A stretch of 64,000 bases of DNA from Streptosporangiaceae bacterium (GCA_050013055.1 JBEKGC010000014.1:195-64194), one strand, 5' to 3'; positions 9,840 to 19,363 are shown, numbered from the stretch's first letter. Translations and numbers: made by a program. The notes: a model not told the origin generated them from the letters alone.

Positions 9840-10701
9840 GGCCGTTCTGATCACTGGCGTGTCCTCTGTCACCGGCCTGTCCTCGGGGACCGGTCGCGCG
9901 ACCGCGTTGCGGCTGCACCGGGCCGGCTGGCCGGTCTACGCGACGGGACGAAGCCTGGCCGGACTTGAGGACCTGGCCGCAGAGGGCATCACCACGTTGC
10001 AGGTCGACGTGACCGACGAGGCGTCGATGAGCACGGCCGTGGAGAAGGTCTCCGCCGATCACGGTGCGGTCGGGGTGCTCATCAACAGCGCCGCCTACAG
10101 CCTCAACGGGCTGATCGGGGAAACCCCGGTCGACGAGGTCAGGCGCCAGTTCGAGACCAACCTGTTCGGGCTGGCGAGGATGACCCAGCTTGTCCTGCCG
10201 GGCATGCGCGAGCAAGGCGGCGGGCGGATCGTCATGATGTCCTCGATCTTCGGCCTTTTCGCTACCCCGGGCCGCGGTTACTACCAGGCCACCAAGCACG
10301 CGCTTGAGGCGATCAGCGATTCGCTGCGACTGGAGGTCGAAAGGGACGGGATCAAGGTCATCATCATCGAGCCGTCGCCGATCCTCGGCGGGTTCGTCCC
10401 CACGACCATCGGCGACCTGCGGCTGGCGCCGGGCGCCGGGCACGACAGGTACAGCGAATTCTGGGAAAGCTTCGTGGAATGGCACGGCGCCTACCGGGAG
10501 GCGGAGCATCCCCGCGGCCGCGGCCGTACCTCCATACGCGCCGACAAGGTCGCGCAGGTGGTGGAGAAGTCGATCAGCAGCACCAACCCGCGCATCAGGT
10601 ACAAAATAGGCATTCCGGTGCGCATGCTGCCCCGGCAACGGGCGCTCTTCGGCGAGCGCGCCTGGAGTTTTTTCGTGAAGGGCTTTTTCCCGCAGCCCTG
10701 A
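9826..10701 (+). CDS. Short-chain dehydrogenase/reductase, paralogue of 2486-3328
   Basis: MAPSKAVLITG...VTGLSSGTGRAT (TGxxxGxG preserved after a 6-codon duplication) and YQATKHA (YxxxK). It is alignable over its full length with the SDR at 2486-3328. The start could also be ATG 9823. Confidence 0.85.
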   Translation: MAPSKAVLITGVSSVTGLSSGTGRATALRLHRAGWPVYATGRSLAGLEDLAAEGITTLQVDVTDEASMSTAVEKVSADHGAVGVLINSAAYSLNGLIGETPVDEVRRQFETNLFGLARMTQLVLPGMREQGGGRIVMMSSIFGLFATPGRGYYQATKHALEAISDSLRLEVERDGIKVIIIEPSPILGGFVPTTIGDLRLAPGAGHDRYSEFWESFVEWHGAYREAEHPRGRGRTSIRADKVAQVVEKSISSTNPRIRYKIGIPVRMLPRQRALFGERAWSFFVKGFFPQP

Positions 10702-10792
10702 ACTTCCCGCAGCCCTGAACGGTGCAGTCGATAAACCGGGTCCCAGGCCCGTAACGCGCCGGCTACCGACATGGGTTGTCTGGCGTGCTGCC

Positions 10793-11563
10793 CTAGTGGA
10801 CGGCGCCGTTGTGGACGGCGTGCTTAGCCAGGGCGGGCGGGCCTGGTACCTGCGATTCCAGGCTCGGCACCAGCCCGTCCGGGGCGGTCCGCAGCGGCGG
10901 CGGGGGGATGTGGAACAATTCCACGAACCACGCAAGCAACCCCGGATTGCCCGGCCCGCCATCGGGCGCCCGCAGCCGGACCCCTCCCGTCTCCAGCGCC
11001 TCCCGCGGGCTTATCTCACCTGCCAGCAGAAGCTGCAGCGGCGGACCGGCCTCGATGATCAGATCCGGGTTCAGCAGGTGCCCCTTGCCGATCTGCGCCC
11101 GCCCGTCGCTGATGCACGCGTGCGCGACCATATCGCCGAACTCCACCACGAAGTTCAGGTGGACCGCCCGCGCCATCTCAGCACGGAACGTCACCCGCAG
11201 CGCCGTGATCAGGCCGTCCTCGGTCATGATCTCGTCGCGGCGGAGGTTCCCCAGCGTCCGCAGGCCCCACCGGCACAGCGCCACCACGATCTGCTCTAGG
11301 TCCGCCCCGTACTCGGTCAGCTCGAACACACTCGACTCCATCGACTCCAGCGCCCCGCAGCGCTGTATCACCCCCGCCCGCTCCAGCTCCCCGATCCGCG
11401 TCACCAGCACATCCGCCGGCATCTGCGGGAACCCTCGCCGGAAATCCGCCATGGTCTTCGGCTCTACGAGCAGATCACGGATCAAGAGCAGCGTCCACGG
11501 CTCACCGACAACCTCCATGGCATGCACGAGACCGCAGTGCTGACCGTACGTCTGATGTACCAT
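10793..11563 (-). CDS. HxlR-family winged-helix transcriptional regulator with a C-terminal extension
   Basis: Start trimmed to ATG 11563 (MVHQTYGQHCGLVHAMEVVGEPWTLLLIRDL). The HxlR pattern C-x7-G-x-W-x3-I-x3-L and ...FELTEYG are present. Confidence 0.8.
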   Translation of the reverse strand: MVHQTYGQHCGLVHAMEVVGEPWTLLLIRDLLVEPKTMADFRRGFPQMPADVLVTRIGELERAGVIQRCGALESMESSVFELTEYGADLEQIVVALCRWGLRTLGNLRRDEIMTEDGLITALRVTFRAEMARAVHLNFVVEFGDMVAHACISDGRAQIGKGHLLNPDLIIEAGPPLQLLLAGEISPREALETGGVRLRAPDGGPGNPGLLAWFVELFHIPPPPLRTAPDGLVPSLESQVPGPPALAKHAVHNGAVH

Positions 11564-11660
11564 CTCTACCTCTGGCTCGTTGACTTGACAGGCAAGGCGC
11601 AAAAGGCGGCCATTCATGCAGTTGCCGCACCTTGTTCAGACTGCCTCACTCGGCTCGGGT

Positions 11661-12059
11661 CTAACTAGAGGGAAACTGGATTCCCATCTTCGCGAACAGC
11701 TCACGGGCCACCTTCATGGCGTTGATCGCGCGCGGGACGCCGGCGCAGACGCTTACCAACGTCAGCGCCTCCACCACCTCCTCAGCTTTTGCTCCCACGC
11801 GCAGCGCGCCGCCGATGTGGAATGCCAGCTGCTGTTCACTGCCGCCGAGCACGGCGAGCATGCACACTGTCACAAGCGCGCGGGTGCGCATGTCCAGTCC
11901 GGGGCGGGTAAAGACCGCGCCGAGCCCATACCGCACCTGCGCGCCCAATCCGGGCGCGAATTCCGCCAGGTCCTCCCACGGCGCAATCGCACCGCCGCCC
12001 GACAACACTCCGAAAAGGTCGTCGGCGTTCCGGTCGATCTCATCAGTTACGTGTGACAT
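11661..12059 (-). CDS. Carboxymuconolactone decarboxylase family protein (PcaC-like, single domain)
   Basis: Start trimmed to ATG 12059 (MSHVTDEIDRN), with a strong GGAGGAGAA RBS. It shows the CMD-fold pattern ...RPGLDMRTRALVTVCMLAVLG...LAFHIGGALRVG. Confidence 0.8.
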   Translation of the reverse strand: MSHVTDEIDRNADDLFGVLSGGGAIAPWEDLAEFAPGLGAQVRYGLGAVFTRPGLDMRTRALVTVCMLAVLGGSEQQLAFHIGGALRVGAKAEEVVEALTLVSVCAGVPRAINAMKVARELFAKMGIQFPSS

Positions 12060-12350
12060 TTCTCCTCCATGGTGGCACCCCTTGCTATCACCTGAGCTCA
12101 CAGCGTGATGATGAGCAGGTGGGGCGTGGGTGATGCACCGCCATCCGCGTTCGGCCCGACGGTACCGACCCGGCTCAGGTGAGGGCGTCTCCTGTCGTGC
12201 GCTCGCAGGCCGGGCGACCGGCAGCGCGCAATCCGCGAGTAGGCGATGCACGTATCGGACTCGAGACTTAGCGCAGGCCGCCGCACTGACCGCGTTCGCC
12301 GCGGCGTGGGGTGTCACCTATTGTCGAAGCCATCACTGTGAGGGCCGCGA

Positions 12351-13901
12351 ATGACGACTCAATACGACGTCATTATCGTAGGCGCCGGATCGGCCGGCGC
12401 CGTTCTCGCTGCGCGGTTGAGCGAGGACGCGTCGCGGCGTGTATTGCTCATCGAGTCCGGTCCGGATTACCTGACGTCGGAGGAGACACCGGTAGACATC
12501 AGCAACGGCCGGACGATGTCTTTCCAGGACCATGACTGGGGGTTCCGTGCCGACGTCCGCGACGGGCGCAAGATTCGTTACCCGCGCGGCAAAGTGACTG
12601 GCGGATCGTCCTGTGTCGGCGCGACGGTAGCTCTGCGCGGAGTGCCCGCAGATTACGATGAGTGGGCCAAAGCCGGCAACCCTGGCTGGTCTTTTTCCGA
12701 GGTTCTCCCGTACTTCCAGCGACTGGAGGACGACAAGGACTTCGGCGGCGACGAGTTCCACGGGCGGGGTGGGCCGTTCCCCATCCGCCGCTGGCGTGAG
12801 TCTGAGCTCGCGCCGGGCCAGATCGCGTTTGTCGAGGCATGCCTTGAAGCCGGCTTCCCCGAGGTAAAGGATCACAACCATCCCGAGTCGACTGGCGTCG
12901 GCCCGATCCCGTCGAGCCGGTGGGACCTAAAATCCCGGGCCACCACGGCGAACGCGTACCTCACCCCGGCGGTAAGGCAGCGTCCGAACCTCGAGATCGC
13001 CGCGCAGACGACGATTGACCGGGTCGTATTCGAGGGATCGATGGCGACCGGGGTCATGGCGTCACGCGCGGGTGCCCCCTTTGAGCTCATCGCGGGGCGG
13101 CGGGTGATCCTGGCCGCTGGTGCGGTCGGTTCCCCGATGGTCTTGATGCGCTCCGGCGTCGGACCGGCCGAGGATCTGCGCCGGCTCGGTATCGACTGCC
13201 GCGCGGACCTAGCCGGTGTCGGCGCGAACCTCATAGACCACCAGCGCACGGGCGCATTTCTCGTGCCGCAGCCAGGAGCCTATGACCCGGCTCAGGCATT
13301 CCTGCAGGAGATCCTGCGGACCACCGCGCCCGGCTCGGCCGAGTTCAATGACCTGCAGTACTACATGGTCAACTATTTCGAGCTTGACCACTTCCCCGAG
13401 CTGCAGATGCTCGCCGGGGCAACGGCGATTCTCGGAATCATGCTGGTGTCGCAGCGACCGCGCTCTCGCGGGCGGCTTATGCTGACTTCCGCTGATCCCG
13501 CAGCTTCGCCGCAGATCGAGCTTAATTTCCTGGACTCGGACCGGGAGATGGACATACTCGTCGACGGCGTGCGAACCGCATGGCGCATGGCGAATCACCC
13601 CCGGATCCGCAGCCTCGGCCAGGGATTCGTCGTCTTGCGCGAGTCGACGATAGATAACGACGACATGGTGCGGCAGTACATCAAGATGAGCCTTGATAGC
13701 GCCTACCACCCGATGGGGACCGTCCGCATGGGACCCGCCGACGATCCTCGATCTGTGGTCGGAGAGCGGTGCGCTGTGCATGGTCTGGAGTCGTTGTACG
13801 TCTGCGACGCCTCGATCATGCCCAACACGGTGGTTGCCAACACAAACCTGACGTCGATCATGATCGGCGAGCGGATGGCGGACTGGCTGCGCGTTACCTG
13901 A
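12351..13901 (+). CDS. GMC-family FAD oxidoreductase (choline dehydrogenase-like)
   Basis: 516 aa. The N-terminal FAD motif is YDVIIVGAGSAGAVLAARLSED, and the C-terminal GMC signature region is AYHPMGTVRMG. Confidence 0.9.
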   Translation: MTTQYDVIIVGAGSAGAVLAARLSEDASRRVLLIESGPDYLTSEETPVDISNGRTMSFQDHDWGFRADVRDGRKIRYPRGKVTGGSSCVGATVALRGVPADYDEWAKAGNPGWSFSEVLPYFQRLEDDKDFGGDEFHGRGGPFPIRRWRESELAPGQIAFVEACLEAGFPEVKDHNHPESTGVGPIPSSRWDLKSRATTANAYLTPAVRQRPNLEIAAQTTIDRVVFEGSMATGVMASRAGAPFELIAGRRVILAAGAVGSPMVLMRSGVGPAEDLRRLGIDCRADLAGVGANLIDHQRTGAFLVPQPGAYDPAQAFLQEILRTTAPGSAEFNDLQYYMVNYFELDHFPELQMLAGATAILGIMLVSQRPRSRGRLMLTSADPAASPQIELNFLDSDREMDILVDGVRTAWRMANHPRIRSLGQGFVVLRESTIDNDDMVRQYIKMSLDSAYHPMGTVRMGPADDPRSVVGERCAVHGLESLYVCDASIMPNTVVANTNLTSIMIGERMADWLRVT

Positions 13902-13974
13902 CCGGCGGGCCAGAAAGGAGCGCGCCGCTCCCAGGCCGCGAAGGCGGCCATGCGTACCGCGCCGCCAGGCGTAG

Positions 13975-14011
13975 CCAAAGAGACCGGGGTTGAAAGCCCC
14001 GGTCTCTTTGG
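13975..14011 (+). terminator. Stem-loop terminator candidate after the GMC oxidoreductase
   Basis: A 15-bp perfect stem pairs CCAAAGAGACCGGGG (13975-13989) with CCCCGGTCTCTTTGG (13997-14011) around the loop TTGAAAG. It lies 74 nt after the stop. There is no clear U-tract, which is common in high-GC actinomycetes. Confidence 0.5.
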
Positions 14012-14304
14012 TCTCTTGGCACAGGACAGGAAGATCAGGCCGGCGCGCCGGTGGATGCTAGTGCCGCGGAGGTAACGTTCGCCCCGCTTCCAGCCGCCGC
14101 CGGCCCCGGGGCCGGCCCTATTACTACGACGGTCCGTTGGTGTTGCGGGTTCGCTGGTCAGGCCCCGGAGGCGGGTCCGTTGTGGTCGTGCTGGTGGCGC
14201 GGTGGCGGCTGGGGGTGGTGATGCGAGGTGTGTGCCGTGCCTCGTCCGGCCTCAGCGTCGTGCGGGCCGGGCCGCCGGTTTCGCGTGGAAGATCGGGCTC
14301 CTGC

Positions 14305-14340
14305 GGATAGTTCGGTACCCGATAGGGTACCGAACTATCC
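14305..14340. repeat. 36-bp perfect palindrome (16-bp arms, 4-nt centre) in a gene-free interval
   Basis: The sequence is GGATAGTTCGGTACCC-GATA-GGGTACCGAACTATCC. It lies inside the roughly 740-bp non-coding stretch 13902-14639. Coordinates were cross-checked against ORF-track frames. Confidence 0.6.
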
Positions 14341-14639
14341 AGGTAAGCCGAATATTCCACGATCTTTTTCGACCATTGTGACGGGTGGGTTGCGGGTGCG
14401 GGGAGAGGCGGGGTTGGCGGTGACGGCGGCTGGGATGCGGTGGTTCGGGCCCTCAGAGTGATTGCTGCGGCGCTAGCTGAACCTGGGCCCGGCCGACGAA
14501 TCGTTAGCAGGACAACCCGAAGAGGGCGTCAGCCGATTCGGAGGTCTGGCCGGACCCAGGCTCCCGTTCCGCTACCTGAACCGCGCAAACCGGGCCGGAA
14601 AGCACGGCACACATCGACAGGCACGAAGATCTGGGTGCG

Positions 14640-15452
14640 TCAGGCCGCCTGCGATGACTGCGCGTCCGCGAACTGACCGGGTTGGCGGCCTTCGCCGGCC
14701 GGCCCGCGGTACGCCTGGGCGATGTTCAGCCAGCGATCCGCCTCGGCGCCCACGGCGGTCAGGTCGAGGTCATCGCGATGCCGACGACGGGTGATCAGCA
14801 GGCAGAAATCCCACGCGGACCCGCGGACCAGCTGCGTGGCGTCCGCAGGGCCGAACTCCCAGCGGGCACCAGACGGGGCGGTCAATTCGAGCCGGAACTG
14901 CTCCTCCGGCGGCTTGATCCCGTGCGCCATGTAGCCGAAAGCGCGGGTATGCAGGCCGAATGCGACCAGGTGCTTGATCCGGTCGGTCCGCTCGCGGCGT
15001 ACCCCCAGGGCATCCGCGACGTCCTGACCGTGGCCGAAGGTCTCCATGTACCCCGCGGCCGCGAGCACCGACGGCGGCAGCGGGTTCACCAGCCACGGAA
15101 CCATCTGCCCGGCTGGGACCGCGAGGAGGGCTCCGGTCGCAGCCGACCGTTCGGAGCGCCAGCGGGCCATGACACCTTCCTGCCCATCGGCCATGTATTC
15201 CGCGAGGACAGTGTCCACAGACCCTTGGAAGTCGATCCGGGCGGGAGCCACTTCGGCTTCGAAGGCTGCGCCGTCTGACGCCGCCAGACGGGCGAGGTGA
15301 GCGATGAAGGCCAGGTGCGCGATCTGGTGCCCGATCGTCCAGCCGGGGGCTGGAGTCGGGGTTGCCCACGCCGCCACGTCCAGCTCCGCAACCAGGCCGT
15401 CGAGAGCGTTATCCTCGGCGGTAAGGTAGGAACATACTTCCTGCAACTCCAT
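14640..15452 (-). CDS. DinB/MDMPI-like metal-binding protein (TIGR03084-like, mycothiol maleylpyruvate isomerase N-terminal domain family)
   Basis: 270 aa. The N-terminus ...WATPTPAPGWTIGHQIAHLAFIAHLA is typical of the DinB-fold MDMPI_N domain. Confidence 0.7.
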   Translation of the reverse strand: MELQEVCSYLTAEDNALDGLVAELDVAAWATPTPAPGWTIGHQIAHLAFIAHLARLAASDGAAFEAEVAPARIDFQGSVDTVLAEYMADGQEGVMARWRSERSAATGALLAVPAGQMVPWLVNPLPPSVLAAAGYMETFGHGQDVADALGVRRERTDRIKHLVAFGLHTRAFGYMAHGIKPPEEQFRLELTAPSGARWEFGPADATQLVRGSAWDFCLLITRRRHRDDLDLTAVGAEADRWLNIAQAYRGPAGEGRQPGQFADAQSSQAA

Positions 15453-15790
15453 TACGGTGGGTCCTTTCTACCTGGGCTTGGCCGGATGCTTTCCTGTTTG
15501 CTTCGCTGCATCGCGGCATAGATCGCGAAAGGGGTATGTGCGTAATTTCGCCGATCGGACACCCCAACTCATGAGTATCCAGCGATATGGGGACAACGGG
15601 CTTCTCTGGACGTGCTGCCCTCACCCGGCACCCCGGCGCAGCTTGCAGACCGCCCCGATCCTCTGGAGGGGCCGAACTCCACAGCGGAGTTCGGCCCCTT
15701 CAAACGCAATCGGGAAGAGGCGGCGTGGCACGCCCGCGGCCGATCATCCAAGAGACCGGAGTTTTTCCTATCGAAAACAGAGGGGGATGT

Positions 15791-16777
15791 ATGGCCACGC
15801 TGCTCGGCTCGGTCCGCAGGCTCGTGTTCACGCCGTCGCTGACCGAGGTTACATTCGCCAAGCGCGGCTTCCCCAGTAAGCCAACTGAGGCCACCGACCA
15901 TTTGGAGCGAGTACCGCAGTCAGTGATCTGCGGGTTCGAATGGGGCATCGACTCACGCTCCCAGTGGGAAGTGGAGCGCCGCCTGGGCATGATAGAACCT
16001 GAACTCCGTAGTTTTGCTTATGAAGGCGCGACGATGGCATTTACGGTACGGGACGCGTTCGGCGGTCACCGTACCAGGGAGCTGCTCCTAGGCCCGGGAG
16101 AGAAGCACATATTCGTCGCCTACATTGGCATCGGCTTCGCCATGGCCCGGCTGCCTCGCCAGTTGTGGAAGAAGGTCGTGCCTGATCTGAGCGGAACTCC
16201 CTTTTATCCGGCGATTAGCTGGCTGGCGGTTGACGGCTACGCTTTCGATCGCGCGTACTTCGACACCCGCCGCTGGGTGGACAAGCAGATTCAGCCGCGA
16301 CCCTACCCGTGGGCTGGATACCCCGCTTATTTCCCGCGGGCTGTCGACCAGGGCATTGGCCGCGCGCTGTGGTTCATCCACGGCGGCAGAGCGGCAGACG
16401 TCGCCGCGGCCGTGCGGCGGTTCGCCGAGCCGAGGCGGGCCGACCTGTGGAGCGGCGTCGGACTGGCCGCGACGTTCGCCGGCGGCTGCGACCCGCAAGA
16501 GCTCTCTGAGCTGTACGAAACCGCGGATTCGTACCGGCCCGAGGTCGGCTTGGGGGCGGTGTTCGCCGTCAAGGCGCGGCACTATGCAGGCTTCGTCCCT
16601 GAGCATACGGTCGAAGCGGCCAGCGCCTTTGGCGGCCTGACCATCGAGGAGGCGGTTTCGATCGCCGACCGGGGCACAGCCGTCGACGCCGTCGAGGGAC
16701 CGGAGCCTGCGTATGAGATCTGGCGGCGCAGGATCCGCCTGGAGCTCGATCCTGCGGCCAGGTCACTTTCGACGTAG
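15791..16777 (+). CDS. UnbL-like DUF1702 family protein, copy 2 (divergent)
   Basis: Start trimmed to ATG 15791 (MATLLGSVRRLVFTP), with a GAGGGGGA RBS. It shares family blocks with copy 1: SFAYEGATMAFTVRDA, IGIGFAMARLPR, WLAVDGYAFDRAYFDT and RAVDQGIGRALWF. Confidence 0.8.
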   Translation: MATLLGSVRRLVFTPSLTEVTFAKRGFPSKPTEATDHLERVPQSVICGFEWGIDSRSQWEVERRLGMIEPELRSFAYEGATMAFTVRDAFGGHRTRELLLGPGEKHIFVAYIGIGFAMARLPRQLWKKVVPDLSGTPFYPAISWLAVDGYAFDRAYFDTRRWVDKQIQPRPYPWAGYPAYFPRAVDQGIGRALWFIHGGRAADVAAAVRRFAEPRRADLWSGVGLAATFAGGCDPQELSELYETADSYRPEVGLGAVFAVKARHYAGFVPEHTVEAASAFGGLTIEEAVSIADRGTAVDAVEGPEPAYEIWRRRIRLELDPAARSLST

Positions 16778-16963
16778 GCGGCCGGACGGGCCGCGACAAC
16801 GACACGTTATGAGCGTTGCGCACAACCGGTCGCGAGCGCGGGCCTTCTGGGCCTGCGCGAGCGATCGGTGCTGGCAGCGCGGGCAGTAGGTTCTTTGCAT
16901 AACGTGACTATTGCATAGAACACTATGCCGCGAAGTCAAGCGGCAGGCCGAGAGGAGAAAACG

Positions 16964-17947
16964 TTGGCCGTTTCATGGCGGGCAATCAGAGGACGTATTC
17001 TTACGCCCAGCAAATCAGCCACCAAATTGTCCAAGCGCGGCTTTTACGAGAAGAGCCCAGCCGCGCGTGATCTGCTTGAGAACGTCGGCGAGACATTCAT
17101 GAAGGGGTATAGTTTCGCCGTCGGGTCGCGTACCGTTGCCGAGGCGGAAGAACACCTTGAAGAGGTGCCGTGGGAATTCCGCGGATTCGCCTACGAGGGC
17201 GCTGGAATGGGGTTCGCGGTCCGCGATGGACTGCCGTTCGGAGGCCATTGGGTCGAGCGTTGCCTGCAGGGGCGGGGCGACGAGCACATCTACATGGTCT
17301 ACGTCGGCGTCGGCTGGGCGATGGCGCGGCTGCCGAGGTTGCGCTGGGCGAAGGCCACCGTCGGGCTGACCGACCCGATCCTGCGTTGGCTCGCGCTCGA
17401 CGGCTATGGCTTCCATCAAGCCTATTTCCACACCGAAAAGTACGTCCGCCGCCAGTACCAGGAGCTGGACTTCCCGTGGCCGGCCGAGGATCCGGCCCAG
17501 TACGCGAACCGCGCTATCGACCAGGGCATCGGGCGAGCCACGTGGTTCGTCTGCGGGTCAGACCCGAACCGGGTGGCGGACGCGTTCGACGCGTTCCCGC
17601 TGGAACGCCGGGCCGACCTCTACTGCGGCGCCGGCCTAGCCGCCACCTACGCCGGCGCCGTGGACGAGGCCGAGCTGCGCGTGTTCTTGGACCGCGGCAA
17701 GGCGTATCTCCCGCAGATCGCCCAGGCTAGCGCCTTCGCCGCGACGGCCCGGGTGCGGGCGGGGCTGGTGACCCCGCATACCGAACTGGCGGCCAGGCTG
17801 CTATGCGGCGTCACTCCGGAAGACGCCGCCCGCATCTGTGAGGAATCTCTCCCGCAGCCGTCGGAAGGCGGAGCGGTGCCGGGCTTCGAACTCTGGCGGC
17901 AGCGCATCAGCAGCACCCTCATGTCGCTGCAAGGGACGAATAAATAG
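16964..17947 (+). CDS. UnbL-like DUF1702 family protein, copy 3 (close paralogue of copy 1)
   Basis: The likely start is TTG 16964, with GAGAGGAG 6 nt upstream; ATG 16925 is the alternative. It shares long identical runs with copy 1: HIYMVYVGVGWAMARLPR, LRWLALDGYGFHQAYFHT, YANRAIDQGIGRATWFVCG and YLPQIAQASAFAATARVRAGLVTPHTELAAR. Confidence 0.8.
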   Translation: MAVSWRAIRGRILTPSKSATKLSKRGFYEKSPAARDLLENVGETFMKGYSFAVGSRTVAEAEEHLEEVPWEFRGFAYEGAGMGFAVRDGLPFGGHWVERCLQGRGDEHIYMVYVGVGWAMARLPRLRWAKATVGLTDPILRWLALDGYGFHQAYFHTEKYVRRQYQELDFPWPAEDPAQYANRAIDQGIGRATWFVCGSDPNRVADAFDAFPLERRADLYCGAGLAATYAGAVDEAELRVFLDRGKAYLPQIAQASAFAATARVRAGLVTPHTELAARLLCGVTPEDAARICEESLPQPSEGGAVPGFELWRQRISSTLMSLQGTNK

Positions 17948-18039
17948 CACGACGGTGGGCCGGCCCGGCACAGTCACCGGCGCCTGTGGCCGGGTCCGCC
18001 GCGGACGAAGACGGTCCCGCTCCTGCGGCGCATGCTGTG

Positions 18040-18345
18040 CAACAGGCCCGACTGCCGCGCTCCCGCTGGCGAAAAGGTGCTGCCTGATCTAACCGGTCAT
18101 CCGTACCATCACCCACGATGAGCTGGCTCGCAGTCGACGGCTTTACCTATTTCCATTCGCGTCGCTGGATCGATGGCAAGATCCAAAACCCTATCCATGG
18201 AGGGATGCCGGACTATTTCCCGGTGCCGCGGGCAGATCGCACCGAGGTCGCGGCCGGCGCGCTCGGGCCGGTATCGCCCTATGAGCTGCGGCGAAGCGGA
18301 ATCCGCGGGGCCGTCGCTGCGTCAACGGAACGTCTCCTCAACTGA
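18040..18345 (+). pseudogene. Decayed DUF1702/unbL copy (5'-truncated, frameshifted, internally deleted)
   Basis: ORF 18118-18345 reads MSWLAVDGFTYFHSRRWIDGKIQNP...YFPVPRADR...GPVSPYELRRSGIRGAV. This matches the copy-2 blocks ISWLAVDGYAFDRAYFDTRRWVDKQIQP...YFPRAVDQG and the C-terminal GPEPAYEIWRRRIRLEL, but about 130 codons between them are missing. Just upstream, another frame reads EKVLPDLTGHPYHHPR, matching copy 2 KKVVPDLSGTPFYPAI. There is no N-terminal third. Confidence 0.55.
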
Positions 18346-18484
18346 AACTGGCTCTGTCCGGAGGAAATTGCCTGCGGGTCTATGAGATGATGGCGGACGA
18401 ATGACGCCGAGCTGCGGAACTGCTTTCTAATTCCATAGCCGCCCCGCCCGATTACAAACCCGCTCTAGGAAGCCTCGGGACATC

Positions 18485-19204
18485 ATGACTGATCGACGAC
18501 TCACCTCCGCTGCCGCGGACCTGACGCCGCCCGACCGCCCCGCCACGATGACGACAGGTGGCATGACCGCGGCTGCGGTCGTGCTGACAGCGACGATCGG
18601 GCTGGCGGCCGCATCCTGGGTCATCGCGAGCTGGCAGATGAACGGGATGGACATGGGCGTCGCGACCCAGCTCGGCTCGTTCGCGTTCTTCGTCGCCGTG
18701 TGGCCGCCAATGATGGCGGCGATGATGTTGCCAGGCGCGGCCCCGGCCGTGTTGAGGCGGGCCCGAGCCAGCGATGGTATGCGCGCCGTACCGCTGTTTG
18801 TCGTGTCGTACCTCGCCGTCTGGACGCTTGTGGGCGTCCTGGTGTACGTGGCGTACCGCCCGCACGAGTCCCTGGCCGCCGGCATCATGGTGATCGCGGC
18901 CGGCGCCTACGAGTTCACCCCGCTCAAGCGGCACTTCCGGCGGCGCTGCCGCGAGAACCTCCGCACTGGTTTCGGGTTCGGGCTGTGCTGCCTGGGATCG
19001 AACATCGGACTGATGCTGCTGCCCGTGGCGCTGGGCGTCATGAGCATCGTGTGGATGGCCGTGGTCTGCGCGGTCGTCCTGGCCCAGAGGCTGCTGCCTG
19101 CGAACGCCGCCGTCGACGTGTCGCTGGCGGTTGCGATCGTCGGGCTCGGTATCTGGATCGTCCTGGCGCCCTCATCTGTTCCAGGACTCATGCCCTCGAT
19201 GTGA
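18485..19204 (+). CDS. DUF2182-family predicted metal-binding membrane protein
   Basis: 239 aa with multiple TM helices. The characteristic block is FFVAVWPPMMAAMMLPGAAP...AGAYEFTPLKRHFRRRCR. The start may be an internal Met. Confidence 0.7.
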   Translation: MTDRRLTSAAADLTPPDRPATMTTGGMTAAAVVLTATIGLAAASWVIASWQMNGMDMGVATQLGSFAFFVAVWPPMMAAMMLPGAAPAVLRRARASDGMRAVPLFVVSYLAVWTLVGVLVYVAYRPHESLAAGIMVIAAGAYEFTPLKRHFRRRCRENLRTGFGFGLCCLGSNIGLMLLPVALGVMSIVWMAVVCAVVLAQRLLPANAAVDVSLAVAIVGLGIWIVLAPSSVPGLMPSM

Positions 19205-19363
19205 GACGACACGCGGCAACGTGTGATCCCCGGGGCGGATCCGGCCGGTAGGTGGCGCCCGGGGTTTCTGGCGCGGCATGCTCGGAGTAGGCGAGGAGGC
19301 GGCCAATTCGAGATCATGATCTCGTACTCCGATGTATCAAGCGAATTCCGAATGGAGAGGACG

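Noticed and set aside
9736-10962. 408-aa minus-strand ORF
   Set aside because: It is antisense to the SDR gene (9826-10701) and has no motifs.
15920-15940. GGTTCGAA-type T-loop motif seen during a scan of the window for tRNA genes
   Set aside because: The only hits lie inside coding sequence (unbL copy 2) or in the 62.1-kb inverted repeat, and neither has a cloverleaf context. I call no tRNA, rRNA or riboswitch.
16951-16964. 14-nt identity GAGAGGAGAAAACG upstream of both the unbL copy 3 start (16951-16963) and the short ORF before pksE (41311-41324), as a possible shared regulatory element
   Set aside because: My rough estimate is that a handful of 14-mer matches are expected by chance in a 64-kb window on both strands. 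The flanking sequences do not align. I treat it as a coincidental strong Shine-Dalgarno context.
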